DNA of 63,107 nt, filler included, from Gonapodya sp. JEL0774 (Eukaryota): NCBI GenBank assembly GCA_027604505.1. It is 7 parts of 7 records of this genome, joined end to end, with 100 filler letters (N's around TTAATTAATTAA, not from the genome) between each part and the next. Parts side by side here need not be neighbours in the genome. Positions count along the whole stretch, not along the records: positions 1 to 8,984 come from JADIIX010000426.1; positions 9,085 to 18,052 come from JADIIX010000427.1; 5 more parts are not named here. The stretch is one strand, 5' to 3'. A program made the translations under genes and the position numbers. The notes under the pieces are model-generated. The model searched no databases. It had not been told where the DNA came from and worked only from the letters and a program-made list of their open reading frames with translations. Shown in pieces: positions 1 through 11,699 of the stretch; the stretch's first letter is position 1; the number at the start of each line of letters is the position of its first letter.

Positions 1-11
1 GCATGACGTCC

Positions 12-350
12 TCAACGGGGTAGGTACAGCTTGCGATTTTGAGAAAACGACGCACCTGCAGCATTTACAGCTAGCTCAACATCTGCCGCTGTTGAATCGG
101 GACAGAGGGAGTAAACCTTGGGATACATGCGAAAGACCAAGGTGTTTCGTGAAATGGTTACCGGTCGAGAAGCTCCGATTCCTAGATATCCATCACTCAC
201 TTTGCCAGTCGCTGGCTCATAATTATCCAGGAACTTTCCATCGAGAGGCGGTCTCAACTCGCCATCGATAAAGTTTAGAATCTTGTTTAGGGAGCTATCG
301 TAATGCGCCGCGACGGGGTTGGTGTGGCTGCTGCCGTTTGCAGAAGGCAT
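12..350 (-). CDS. Aldehyde dehydrogenase, 5' part only (truncated at scaffold edge); resembles the 2-aminomuconic semialdehyde dehydrogenase/ALDH8A1 N-terminus
   Basis: ILNFIDGELRPPLDGKFLDNYEPATGK, then a GTGAGT...AG intron, then VYSLCPDSTAADVELAVNAA: the typical ALDH N-terminus (NFIDG...NP/EPATG...DVxxAVxAA). Confidence 0.85.
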   Translation of the reverse strand: MPSANGSSHTNPVAAHYDSSLNKILNFIDGELRPPLDGKFLDNYEPATGKVSDGYLGIGASRPVTISRNTLVFRMYPKVYSLCPDSTAADVELAVNAAGASFSQNRKLYLPR

Positions 351-473
351 CCGGAGAGCAGCGATAAGCGTCGTTTATGTGTAATGGGGAAAGGATGATG
401 ATTTGTGGTGGAGGGGGAACGGGAGTCACAGCGGGTGGTTTGAAGGCATCAGGCCACAGGCAGCACCAACGTT

Positions 474-1467
474 ATGCGCTTTGAGACCAAGAGCTATCGC
501 TTCTATCATGTTCTGCTACTGCTCATGGCATCCGCATCGAGCAACTTCGCAGCTCGCGTCACGGCTACCAGTAGCTGCCCCGATCAATGTGTGAGGGACA
601 TCGCAAAAGTCGCAGGCCTCGCCGTCTCTTGTGCAGTGGTTCTCGCCGGTCTCCCTTCTTCTGCAGCCGCTGTCCCTGGAGTGTGTCTAACAGCGCTGAC
701 AGACCTGGGACTGGTCTACACCTCAGTGTTACCTGGCCAAACTTGTGCGGGTTGTTTCAACCGGACGTCCAGGTACGAAAGGGACATGAGAGCACAATGT
801 CCCATGTTACTCGTGAGTTGAGTGAAGTGCACTGAGGTGCTTGGCAGGTGTGGACGGGCAACAAACGAACGTATTTGGTCTTCAGAAAGTTTGGGACGCC
901 GCGGGAGAGCACGTCCCAGTCCTCGATATGGCGCCTATTCTCGATTTTTGCGGACGAGCAGATCATTCAAGAATGCCACCATGTCGTCTGGGCTATGAAC
1001 TAGACACTGGGCTCTGCTACGAGCAATGTGAGCAAGGATACACGGGAGTCGGGCCAGGTGGGTTCATATCGCAAGCTCCTGACTTGTTTGTCGACATGTG
1101 TATGCTTCTGTATGCTTCTGTATGCTCTTTTTGCGGAACAGTTTGCTGGCAACATTGTCCTGAAGGATTCTCTGGGGCAGGAGCGCTCTGTTCGCAACCA
1201 ATCGAGATCGAGGACAAGAGATGGTGAGTGTTGTGGAAGTTGGAAAAGTATCGGTTCCTCTCTGTTGAAAATCTGAAGCGAATATCGGGCATTGCAAAAT
1301 CAAGCTGCTGTGTCCTGCAAGTTGGAGGTGGCGACAATGGATGTTGCAGGGATAGGTGTTTGGAAGGATGGACTGACGACGGGTGCACGTGCAGGAAACC
1401 AGGTGAAACCATTGCGCGAATGACTAAAGGAAGAGGTGTCGGTGAGGCTGTGTGGTCGTACTACTAG
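474..1467 (+). CDS. Secreted cysteine-rich protein (multi-exon)
   Basis: Hydrophobic signal-like N-terminus. Exons carry GLCYEQCEQGYTGVGP|VCWQHCPEGFSGAGALC and CLEGWTDDGCTCRKP...KGRGVG. GT-AG introns lie between the ORF pieces; the 3' end is uncertain. Confidence 0.6.
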
Positions 1468-1910
1468 TGTCATTCTGTATTTCGAGGGTGTACCACGGGC
1501 ATTATTTTGTCAATGCGCTGCAGGTTGTTTTCATGGCCCGTGATCGTTCTGATCATGCCACCCCTTCGCCACATAATCAAATCAAATATTTGAAGGGCAC
1601 TGAGATCAAAATTGAACCAAATTCACGTTGAGACGACGTTGTGCACGGAAGTGTTGTGTTACCGTGATATTCGGGGTTGACCACAGCCCTATGAGCTGGT
1701 ACATACAGCTAGTTCATGGCATGTTTTCCAGGCTAAGTACAATCAATATACACTGGGTGTCGCCTGGACTCATGGAACCGTCACGGTCATTCCACAGACG
1801 ATCAGACAAAAGTGGAGCAACAATCGAATCCAACTATCAAGAAAGAGCAACCAAGGAAGCAAAAGTCTTCCGACACCGCGGGAGAGGCTGCACAGGTTGG
1901 CAAAACGGAT

Positions 1911-1983
1911 TGAGCGAGGAGGGATTTGAACCCTCGATCTTCTACTTAGGAGGCAGACGCCTTGTCCACTTGGCCACACGCCC
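1911..1983 (-). tRNA. tRNA-Arg(CCT)
   Basis: The reverse complement folds as a cloverleaf: GGGCGTG TG GCCAAGTGGACAAGGC G TCTGC CT-CCT-AA GTAGA AGATC GAGGG TTCAAAT CCCTC CTCGCTC A. A TTTT Pol III terminator follows a few bases downstream. Confidence 0.93.
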
Positions 1984-2676
1984 AAAATGTCACCGTGAAC
2001 AAGCGTAAAAAAAAATATAAAAATTTGTACAGTGTAAATTATGGATCTCATGCGCAAGTGCAGCACCGACAGGAGCGACTCCCCAGTCCCCAGTCTTGCA
2101 ATTATCCTTGGTAATCCTAGCAGACCCTCTCTGATTCTGGGATTTTCCACTTTCCGACTCTCCTTTTGGAGGAGAGGACACAGAGCGGGATGTGATATGC
2201 GATCAATGGCCATCTTGTTCCCGCAGGACATACCCACCTTGGGGAATTGGAATTTGTTGGCACACCAAAGTTTGCAAACATCATCATGAAGCGTGTTGAC
2301 CAAGTCTTTACCCCCGATAGTCCACCTTTTCGAAGATTGGGTCGAGAATTTCAGTGCCTCGTGGCCTTAGACCACTTGTCTTGTAGAGTCTCCGAATACA
2401 ATCTAGTTTTCTCATCTTTTATACTGTTCACGTGCACTCATTGCATACGTAATCTAAGTACATTTGCCCGTGTGAACTCACTATTGCCCTCGCCATGCTT
2501 AATCTCTCGCCGTTGGACTCAGTGTCCAGCACAGTCAGTGGTATCACTGTCACATCTAACACCTTGGATCTCTCTCTTTTAAAATTGGTAAGGGGAAATC
2601 TTTTATATGAATTTTTATTGACGAATATTCTCTGGTGTACTATACTACGGGAAGTTAGTTGTCGTTTGGATAGAAC

Positions 2677-5408
2677 CTACTTGCGGGCCTGTGTGCAAAA
2701 TCAAACAGTGATACAGTTGCCCAAGTGCTCCTCCATACATAGGGTAAGTCAATATACTCACCTTGAGCGCCGCGTCAACCACCTTCATACAGGCCAACAC
2801 CTTCTCTTCGTTGTACCTCCTGCCAACAACCTGCACTCCTACCGGAACGTTTTCCAACTTTTCTGGATCATAGTGATCCCAAACTTTCTGTTCCCACTCA
2901 TTCCTTGGCACGTAGTCAGCTGGCTTGGTGTCTGAGAGACTTGTTCGTGTTACGGGAATGATTCCAGCAGGAAGGTCAATGAAATTGAAAAGGAAAGCTA
3001 CACAATTACATACAGGAAGTTAACAAAGATCATGTGTGCGATCAATTTTGACTTTGAATTCATACGTACTGTAAAGAATTGCACCAATGGTGTCAGACGA
3101 CCCGTTGTGCTGCGTGACGGTCACAAAAAGAATCATCAGCCGATTATATCTATGGAAAAAAATCAAGCGCAAAGCTTTAATCACCAGACACGAAGGAATT
3201 GCGACGGTCGGGCAGACAAAAAAGTCAATGCCGAGGGCATTCATTTGACCGAGATACTTTTCTTTGAGCACCTCTCGAACAACGACACGTTTCCTTTTCA
3301 GCAAGCGATAAGGTGAACTCGAAATAAGTTGATAAGTGACACACAACACCCACCAAATCGCCCCCATTCCCGTGTCCGGTGGTGGGTATGTTTTAGCGTA
3401 GGACATTGCAGGGTGGAGACCTTCACCACCCTGGGTGGGACCAATCGTCTCAAAGAAGATGTCATTGTATGAGGAGAAAATATCAAGCTGCGAGAGAGTT
3501 ATAGATGGTACAATCAGAACAGAGCATTGACTGTATTCCATTGTTTCGAAAATAGAATTGGTTACTCACTACCGCGTTGACCGCTTCTTCAGTATCTGGG
3601 GGCTGGAACTGGACGATCTCGTGACCTGCCGCTTTCAATGCAGCAACGGTTTCGAGAACTGCACGTTCGACGGGAGGAGTTGGCTGTTGCAGAAATGGGC
3701 CAAATAAATATAGTTTCAACTCTTATATATCAAATCTTTTATTATCGTGAATAACACGCGCTAACAACTCACCCGGACCACTCCAGCGTCCGTGAAATAT
3801 CCGATTTTTAGCTTGGTCGGAATCGTCACATCTGCCATATGCGGAAGTAACACTCAGTCCTCTACCACACGATCGTGCGCGGAAAGAGCAAACGCAATTA
3901 TGGCGCCACTCACCTCTCCAACCTAAGGGAATCATATTGGGATCCATCTCCGCTCCCACTGGATCAGCAAATACTTTGCAGTACAGATCCTATTCGATAG
4001 CACGGTGAGCGTCGAACCTTGGGTTCAAAATGGTGCCAAGCGTGAAGTCCTTACCAAGTCCTCGACACTCCGCCCCATGGGACCATGTGTGGGTACGATC
4101 GCGTCTGGAGAACCCTCGATCAAAACTCGAGAACCGTTGTACGGGAAGCGGCGGGCAGAAGGCTTGAGGCCATACTGGTACGAGAGACGAAAATTGACAA
4201 ATGGTGTATCAAGATCAGGACTTTGGTCAGTACTCACGATTCCGTTGATGGAGGATGGAAGACGAATGCTTCCACCTGGGGGAAGCGAGATGTTACGGAA
4301 TGGCACTATCGTCAGTCGGGTCTGCATTCAACACACAACGTACCAATATCCGTGCCCACTCCCAGAAAACTTCCACCCGCCGCAATGAGAGCACCTTCTC
4401 CGCCCGAAGATCCTCCGGCGCCGGCTGCGGTGTTGTTGGGGTTTAAGACGTGACCCCATACGGCGTTCGCAGACTCCCAAGTCATGAGAGCTTGCGGGAC
4501 GTTGGTCTGGGAATGGTCGACATGTCCATCAAGTCGAAATATATCGTTCGGGTGAAAGATATTGAGAGACCACAAACCTTTGCGTACAGCACAGCGCCGG
4601 AGTCCTAGTACAGAAACCAAGCGGAAGCGTCAACTTATAGACTTAATACGCGATTAGCTTCGCATCCGTCGCTCACAAGCAGCCTCGTTACCACGGCTGA
4701 ATCGTTCTCTGCCGGACCGTCCTTTGCCCACTGGACAAACCCCCACGTGGTCAAAGTACCCTTCATGGCGTGTTCCTCCTTGATAGATACGGGAAGACCG
4801 TGAAGAGGGCCTCACAAGGTAATGCGATGGTGATGGTAAGCGTACCGTAGCCGGCTGGTCGGTGAAACCGTGCAACTCACCTTTGGTCTTGCCAGTGGTC
4901 TTAAAATACTCGTCGAGCTCCGCGGCGCGAGTGAGAGCTACGTCGAAGAAAATCTACCGTTTCAGAATGCTCATGTCAGCTGTGAGCGCCTGGTTCAATT
5001 AGGACGTCTGGCTTGCCACTTCCGTGCACTCACCTCGGTAAGACAGTTGGTGAGCTGGTGAGCCAGGGCAGCACGGTGGCATATTGCTTTAGTGACTTCC
5101 ACGGATGAAACCTCACCGGACAAAAGGTACTAAACGTTCCATATGGAGCAAAGCGACACCGTCAGCCTTCATGTTCCCGAGTAATTCAGCGAAAGTACCA
5201 CGAGCAGTTGTACCTTGACAGCCTCAGAGGCTGTCCATCCCGTGATTTCTCTTTCGCGTAATGTAAGCTTGGACTCGATGAACGGAACGACTTCGAGGGG
5301 CCCGGGTGCATTTTCACCTTCGGCCAATCGCCACTCTGGAGGAATGGCGGCGGCTCGCTTGGCGCGAACTTGGGCCACGATGGGATGGACTTGATCAACA
5401 GTGCTCAT
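2677..5408 (-). CDS. Amidase-signature family enzyme (fungal acetamidase/AmdS-like), many introns
   Basis: TNVPQALMTWES, GGSSGGEGALIAAGGSFLGVGTDIG|GSIRLPS, YGLKPSARRFPY and PVGVQVVGRRYNEEKVL. Starts MSTVDQ... and splices to a last exon ARK*. Confidence 0.93.
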
Positions 5409-6347
5409 GGCGGAACGTAACAGGATTTCCGGACGGTTGGGAGACGGCGCGAAGTCATTGATTGGGAAGAAATGAATGATGTTCGAGGACCCTGTGTGTC
5501 CCTGCCCGGCTAATCGGCTGCCAAATCAACCGCTATTCAAATCGCCCATCATGTGGCAAAAGGTACGATGTTCACTTTCATCGGTGATGGTCATAGGGTA
5601 TTGCTTTACTCCCGACAAAGAGATGTCTTCAGGTAGAACTTCCGGCTTCGCCGATACAGTTTGATGGAGCTCTCTCGATGACAATCGCGGTGCGTTTATA
5701 ATTATATAATCGATTACGATGTCCTAGTTCGCGAGAGGAAACCCCTTGTATTGCCTATTAATTCGTGGCATGTAATCACTCTACGATAGTGAGTCAGCAG
5801 GTCCGATAAATATCCTCTTCAATAAGTTGACTTGATTGCGGTGCCTGCACGGTACTTGTTTGATTGATGACCGGCAACCGACATCAACGCCCCACTTCAG
5901 CGCATAAAAGTAGCACATAGTACCAATACATACGCATTCCACTGTGTACTTGATCCGGCGCTGAAGGAGGAACTCCACCTGCTGCGTGTGTGCTCTTTAC
6001 GCCAAGCTGCAGATGGTGAGACGTCAACTAAGTATGCAAACTACAGATCACAGATCACCCACCCATTCGAAATAAATCACCGTGAGGTAAATGAAAATGT
6101 ATGGAGTGCCAGATGTCAGTGTAAAATGATCAGGGTCTGATTCTTGCCCCATTGCTTTTAACCATGCGTGCGCGGAAATAAGTGGTTTCATCTTCTGACA
6201 AATGCCCTTTATCTTTAGTGACAGTGGGACAGCACTTTGTGAGTATTCACCCGAGGCGATGCGTTCCTGACTTGCGAACTGAAAGGGAAGGTTTGGCCAC
6301 AGCACGGTTTTGCCGGACATCCTAGAACACCAAGAAATCCAGACAAA

Positions 6348-7313
6348 ATGATTCGAAATCTCCTGAAAACCATGGCCAAAGAAGCATTCAGTCTTGAATC
6401 GCCTTCTTCTGTCACTCGCCCGCCTCTCTCCTGCCCTCTTGAGTCCCTTCCCCTCGAACTTATCCATCGAATCCTCCGCTTCCTTCCACCAACAACCTTC
6501 TTCTCGACCATCCCCCGACTCTCTCGAACAATCCGCCAATGCGCTCTAGGCGCCATTCCTGGATGTCCCGGGAGAGAAGTGGTGATGGATTGCGAGCTCC
6601 GAGTGGTCACCGGTCCGTACCGCGACTTCATTGGGGAGATCAACGTTTTAGACCGATTTTGCGAGGTTCGACCGGCGGGGTGTCCATCTGTTTGGACAGC
6701 ATTGTGGGCATCGTGGTATCTGGACGTCACCATTGACGATCTGGTGGCGGCCGAGACTGAGGTGGAGTTGGAGCAGCTCGTGGGACGACGACTGCGAAGG
6801 GAGGTGGCCCTGAGCGCAACGAAAGCAAAGGCAACAACCCACGCATCGACGGCAAGGATCTTCTCTCGCACCCCCGACGTGCACGTGCTTTCAAGGCCTT
6901 CCCGTCTCACCGCCGACTCTTTGGATGCCCTTCAAGGACTGCGACTGGCGGCGCAAAAGGTCTGTGTTGTGTTCGGCTACGTGCGATACGAGTCCAGAGC
7001 AACGGCTGCAATCGCACTTGTTAGACTAGCACGTTTGATCCGTGCCCGTGGAGTGGTCGAAATGTCCATCATATCGGGATGGCCGATCTTCGTCGCAGCG
7101 GCAGAGATGGCGCAAGTGACGTTTTCTCCCGTCTCTGTGGTTCGTATTCACTCGAAAGGTTGTCCAAACTCTATCGAGGAGTTCTTTCCGTGGATTGTCA
7201 AGATATTCCCAGACGTGACCTTTATGACATGTGGTGACGGTGGAGTGAATCAACGAAAGTTCACCAAATTTTTAGAAGATAAAGAGAATCGAAGACGAGA
7301 CCAACAAACTTAA
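6348..7313 (+). CDS. F-box domain protein
   Basis: Single 321-aa ORF with LESLPLELIHRILRFLPP...IPRLSRTIRQ F-box motif near the N-terminus. Confidence 0.7.
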   Translation: MIRNLLKTMAKEAFSLESPSSVTRPPLSCPLESLPLELIHRILRFLPPTTFFSTIPRLSRTIRQCALGAIPGCPGREVVMDCELRVVTGPYRDFIGEINVLDRFCEVRPAGCPSVWTALWASWYLDVTIDDLVAAETEVELEQLVGRRLRREVALSATKAKATTHASTARIFSRTPDVHVLSRPSRLTADSLDALQGLRLAAQKVCVVFGYVRYESRATAAIALVRLARLIRARGVVEMSIISGWPIFVAAAEMAQVTFSPVSVVRIHSKGCPNSIEEFFPWIVKIFPDVTFMTCGDGGVNQRKFTKFLEDKENRRRDQQT

Positions 7314-7754
7314 TCTGATAAACTTCGAACATAGTGTCGAGCAAGGCATTTATTGTTATTATATACTTTGGTCCTGTGGGATAGTTTTGCAAGGTCAATC
7401 CTTCACAACAACCAACCTACCTCTTCGAATATGCACGTTTATGTGCTCTGGATAAAAATGGTATGATATGCAACACTTCATGTAGCCGGGTCATGTGCGT
7501 CGTTTGTTTCAATCGATATGTATATGAATCAAATGGTGCGTACACGTTGATCTCACTGTTGAACCCCTCAAAACCCACATACATCTGCTGCGTGAAGCCC
7601 ACCAAGCAAAGCAAAATAAAACCCCTACCGCAACAAACCCCATGTGTTTGGTACGCCATAGAGTCCTCGAAGATCATACTTATACATTCATTTGTTCCAA
7701 CCCCCCACTCCCCTTGCTAACGCACTCTTCCACCATTTCAAGCCACCAACACCC

Positions 7755-8820
7755 TCACCACCCCCTATGATGATGGTGATGTCCGTGATGATGTCCGTGG
7801 TGATGATGTCCATGATGGTGGTGTCCGAGCCCCAAAGCACCCAGAGCGAGTGCGGTTCCCAGCCCGACGCCGAGCGCTGGCGGGGGTGCAGGTGCGACGG
7901 GGTGAACACGCTGTTGGTTCACGATGATGGGTGGTGGGGGCGGGGGCGGAGCGTAGTGGATTTGTTGGACGGGAGGGGGAGGTGGGATGTGGGATGTGGT
8001 GCGCGGGTCCGTCTGTCGGGTGGGAGGTGAGGGGCAGCGGGGTGTCAGAATGTCAGACAGTATTTGTATATGGATGTGAAGTGGACGGCGCAGACACAGC
8101 GTCCATCGGCTCCTGCCCGTGGTTGTGTGCATGCCGACAGAACGACGTGTGGATGTTCCATTAGTTTGATTCGGCTCCTCTCGCCTGACTCCGTGGTCCG
8201 AGTTTGACCCTGAAATCGATCGGCGACGGTGTTTCCTCCTAAGCGGGGTTTCCTCACGAAACCAGTTGGAGTGCAGTCATGTCTTGAAAACTAGGAAAGG
8301 GGCCGGGTCTTGTCAGCGAATACTAACCCACGTCGTGTCTGTTCCAGTATTCCACAGAATCAAACGATAGAGGAGGAAGCCGAGTCACACCCGAGAAAGG
8401 GAATAAATCAACCCGTTAGTGCTCATGTGCATTCCGCGGGTCGGTGCGACAATAACTCAAAGGGGCCCGCGGAAGCCGCATGAACGTACAAGGAGGATTC
8501 GACGTTGTCAAGACGTAGTACCACTGGTTGTGCTTTGGGTCGAACTGAAAGCAGGAACGCGCGATACCGATGGAATCGGGACCACAATAGTGATCAGATA
8601 ACGTGTGCGATATCGTGGACTGGCACGCTGCTCCGTTCGCATCAGCTCACCTGTTGAATCCATCCTATATCAGATTGAGAGTTTAAGAGGCGAAGGTGAA
8701 CTCGTCAGTGCAATACAGAGGAACAGACAGCTGTGGCGGGAGAACAGAGAACCAACCAGATGGAAGTGGAGGTCCCGGCGGTGGTTGGGCAGAGTAAGCA
8801 GGAGGAGGAGTCTGTGACAT
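7755..8820 (-). CDS. WW-domain protein with Pro-rich linker and Gly/His-rich C-terminus (Wwm1-like architecture)
   Basis: Splicing short exons gives PPLPSGWIQQ|FDPKHNQWYYVLTTSNPP|.TTW|TDPR (WW consensus). The last exon ends ALGALGLGHHHHGHHHHGHHHGHHHHHRGW*. Confidence 0.75.
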
Positions 8821-8984
8821 GGATCGATGTTGTGTGGTGGTTTGAGAAAGTAAAGGGAAGAAGAAGTCCACTTTAAGTGTCCAGCTTGATCGCAAGTCTT
8901 GGCGGCCGGGTTGCGTGACCCAGTCAGATGGGGCCTCAGCAATCTTTATGCTTGGGACATCGCAAGCGAGCAGATTTCTGTTGC

Positions 8985-9084
8985 NNNNNNNNNNNNNNNN
9001 NNNNNNNNNNNNNNNNNNNNNNNNNNNNTTAATTAATTAANNNNNNNNNNNNNNNNNNNNNNNNNNNNNNNNNNNNNNNNNNNN
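8985..9084. other. Artificial scaffold linker (N44-TTAATTAATTAA-N44)
   Basis: Six-frame stop linker flanked by Ns. Identical linkers at 18053-18152, 27109-27208, 36126-36225, 45134-45233 and 54124-54223. Confidence 0.98.
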
Positions 9085-9988
9085 GTGAATGTGCGAAGGT
9101 GAGCACACTCCTGGAAACTTTGCTGTTTGTCCACCCGTGGCTTACTTAGTACATTAAATTGAAAGGGAATTCAGGTCGCTGCGTCTGAGAATGGATACAC
9201 CCCAGAGCAGGCAGCCAGTATCACATATCGGCACCAAGTGCTTCTGAGCATGCTTTACAAGAAGAACCCAAGCATGGAGGTTCTTCAAGTCTTAGTGAGT
9301 GCAATTCTACCTTTTCTACTACTTCAAGTCGATCTCTTAGCATTGGTTTCTACTCAATTAAAGGTGTTCGTCACATTAGCTTTCGCTATGCTCTTGAGAG
9401 CAGACGAAGTCCTTGCCTTTCGTATGAAAGATATCGACTGCAAGCCAGGAGATAATGCGTTCTACATCAAGCTCAAGCAGAGGAAGAACATCAAGACCGG
9501 TAAACCTGCCACTGAATTCCGTCTCAACTACGGGATAAAACCAGAGGACTTCTGCCCGCATCTCATTCTGTCAAGGTATTTGTATGAGCTTGAAGAGCTT
9601 GGGATTGAGGAAGGTCCTCTATTTCCCCGTATTAACTGGAATCACGTGGAGAAGGGAAGCGAAGCAGTGAGTGACATTGATGTACTTCTCAGTTCTCACG
9701 CTGCCTCTCACGCATTTACCCACTCGAACTCAGGCATATGACGAAATGCTTGCAAAGCTCCGCGATGCCCTATCAGCAATTGGGGTGACAAATGTGAAGG
9801 ATTTTGGCACACACTCCATGCATCAAGGAGGCGTCAAGTTTTTACTTTCTCTGGGAGTACCTCCAACTGAGGTGGCGGAAATTGGAACATGGAAGATTAA
9901 CAGTCCAGCGTTTATGCGGTACGTAACCGAATGGTGTAACAAGGGCAAGCGGAAGGCAGGCGGGGCATTATGTGAATTGGTTCTTTGA
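9085..9988 (+). mobile_element. Intron-containing tyrosine recombinase (Crypton-like), 5'-truncated, probably catalytically degenerate
   Basis: AFAMLLRADEV (box I Arg), KQRKN (Lys), GPLFPRI, phase-0 intron 9667-9733, then FGTHSMHQGG, EIGTW, FMRYV (Tyr). The HxxR Arg is replaced by His. Confidence 0.85.
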
Positions 9989-10020
9989 TGGTATTTGTGT
10001 ATTCTTAAGAAAATAAACAA

Positions 10021-11287
10021 CTACAATGCTTTTGAAGCGCTCGTTACTTGTTTCCCATCTTGTTTGTCCATTGAGCATGGTCCTGGGAGCATATACCACG
10101 ACCTCCGGAGGCACTTCTTGATCTCCCATTCTCTCCCTTGTGACTGCAGGTCTAAGAATTCCTTCAAAGATTCTCGCTGAAGATGTTCCACAGCTTCCCG
10201 ATCCAATTGTTGCAGATGGCGAGCAATGGACCTGCGAAAGTTACTCGCTTTCTTGAATGGCACACCCGTTCTTTTATCCACATCTAAGCCCTTGCTGATG
10301 AGATAGCGAAGTGTCGCTGAAGGTGTTGGAGTCTCATGCAAGCACGTCTGCACCATCATTTCAAATCGTATTCCAGCACGCAACTGAATCAGCTCCGCTT
10401 CATTAAGCTTTCTTGCGATCTCCACTTTGCCTTGTGTCTCATTACGAAGGTTTTCGGTGTTGTAGCACATGACTTCAACTCCCTCTAGGTCAGCTGTCCA
10501 AATCTCGCCACGAGGAGCAATTCTGAAATGAGAATTAAAGTGGCTTGGCGACAAACAAAGGTGCAAGAACGTACTCACCTAGACGTACACTTTCCTGTGT
10601 GCTTTAAATGTTTCAGCGCGTCCTTTGTCCGCATGGAACTGTTTTTACGTTCGTATTCTGCGTAAAAGCTCCGGAAGTAGTATGCCAGCGAGCTAGTACC
10701 CCCATCACGAGACTCAAAAAGAGGGCCATGCGATGCTTCATTTTCATTCGCAGAGAGAAAGTTTAGTCCCGCAGCGGAGAGGGCCGATTTGATGTTCAAG
10801 AGGTCAGGTCCATTTCGTCCGAGTCTATCCAAGCGGTAGCACGCCAGTCCTGCAAGAAATCCCAGCTCCCCGTCTTCATTTGTGACAGTTCTCAGCGCCC
10901 GTTGCCTTGGTTTCGATGCATCTCGCGTGTAACGTGGTGCGAAAGCTCCCACAACACCGAGAATGCTAAGTGCCTTGTGCAATCCTGCCCGTTCATTGTT
11001 TCCTGGACCAGAGAGCACAGCGCCACTCATAACGTCGCTGCAGACTTCAGGGAGGAGGCTGAATCCTCGCCGGTGACATTCATTTCGAATCGAACAAAGC
11101 TGATGGGAGAGAAGTTGATCGAGGTCGCAATTTCGGTTGCAGCCAATGATCAAGCACCCACCTGTGACTCCAAAGAAACATTCAATCCACTATTGTCCTC
11201 CTTTGACAGCCGCAGGTAGGGAATGAAGACGAATTTCCGGCCTGGAACGATTGAATCTCCACCACGACGGCACAAAGCATCGTCCAT
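10021..11287 (-). CDS. Serine recombinase (resolvase catalytic domain plus C-terminal recombinase-like domain), 3 exons, 382 aa
   Basis: Exons 11287-11162, 11099-10579 and 10522-10021 join in frame. Motifs: IPYLRLSKED...SLESQ (catalytic Ser), SDVMSG, ERAGL, YRLDRLGRN, AEYERKNSSMRTKDAL. Confidence 0.88.
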
Positions 11288-11699
11288 CGAGGATCAAATT
11301 AAAATGGGAGGTGGAAAGGTATTGATTTGCAGTGCGCGTCTTTGATTCAGACGGGAATGGTGAGGACTGACACTTCGATCAGGTGTCGATTCAGTATCTA
11401 CCTTGGAAAACTTTAAATTCAGCTCCAACCGTACGCTTAGAGCTACTTTTTACTACTTAAAAATTGATGACTGACGCCTTTATGAGACAAGAAATGTCTG
11501 AGGAATGTCTTTTGCCGTGGAAAGAAGTTTGCACGAAAGCTACTTTGACTGGCGCTCTGCAAAAGTTTGCGAAATTTGACAGCGTGATAATAGGTACAAT
11601 GATTTTAAGCTAAGTACATCTATTGAAGAGAAATAAATACGTGAAAGGGGCAAACATTCTCCAAGTTGGGGTTAGCACGGGTGAGGCGGGGTGCAGGCC

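Noticed and set aside
9029..9040. TTAATTAATTAA recurring every ~9 kb as a possible biological repeat
   Set aside because: Always embedded in Ns with identical spacing; it is an artificial six-frame stop linker.
10021..11287. Bacterial contamination or IS607/Fanzor as the source of the serine recombinase
   Set aside because: Two canonical GT-AG introns restore the frame, there is no N-terminal HTH, and I saw no TnpB/RuvC or zinc-finger motifs in neighbouring ORFs.
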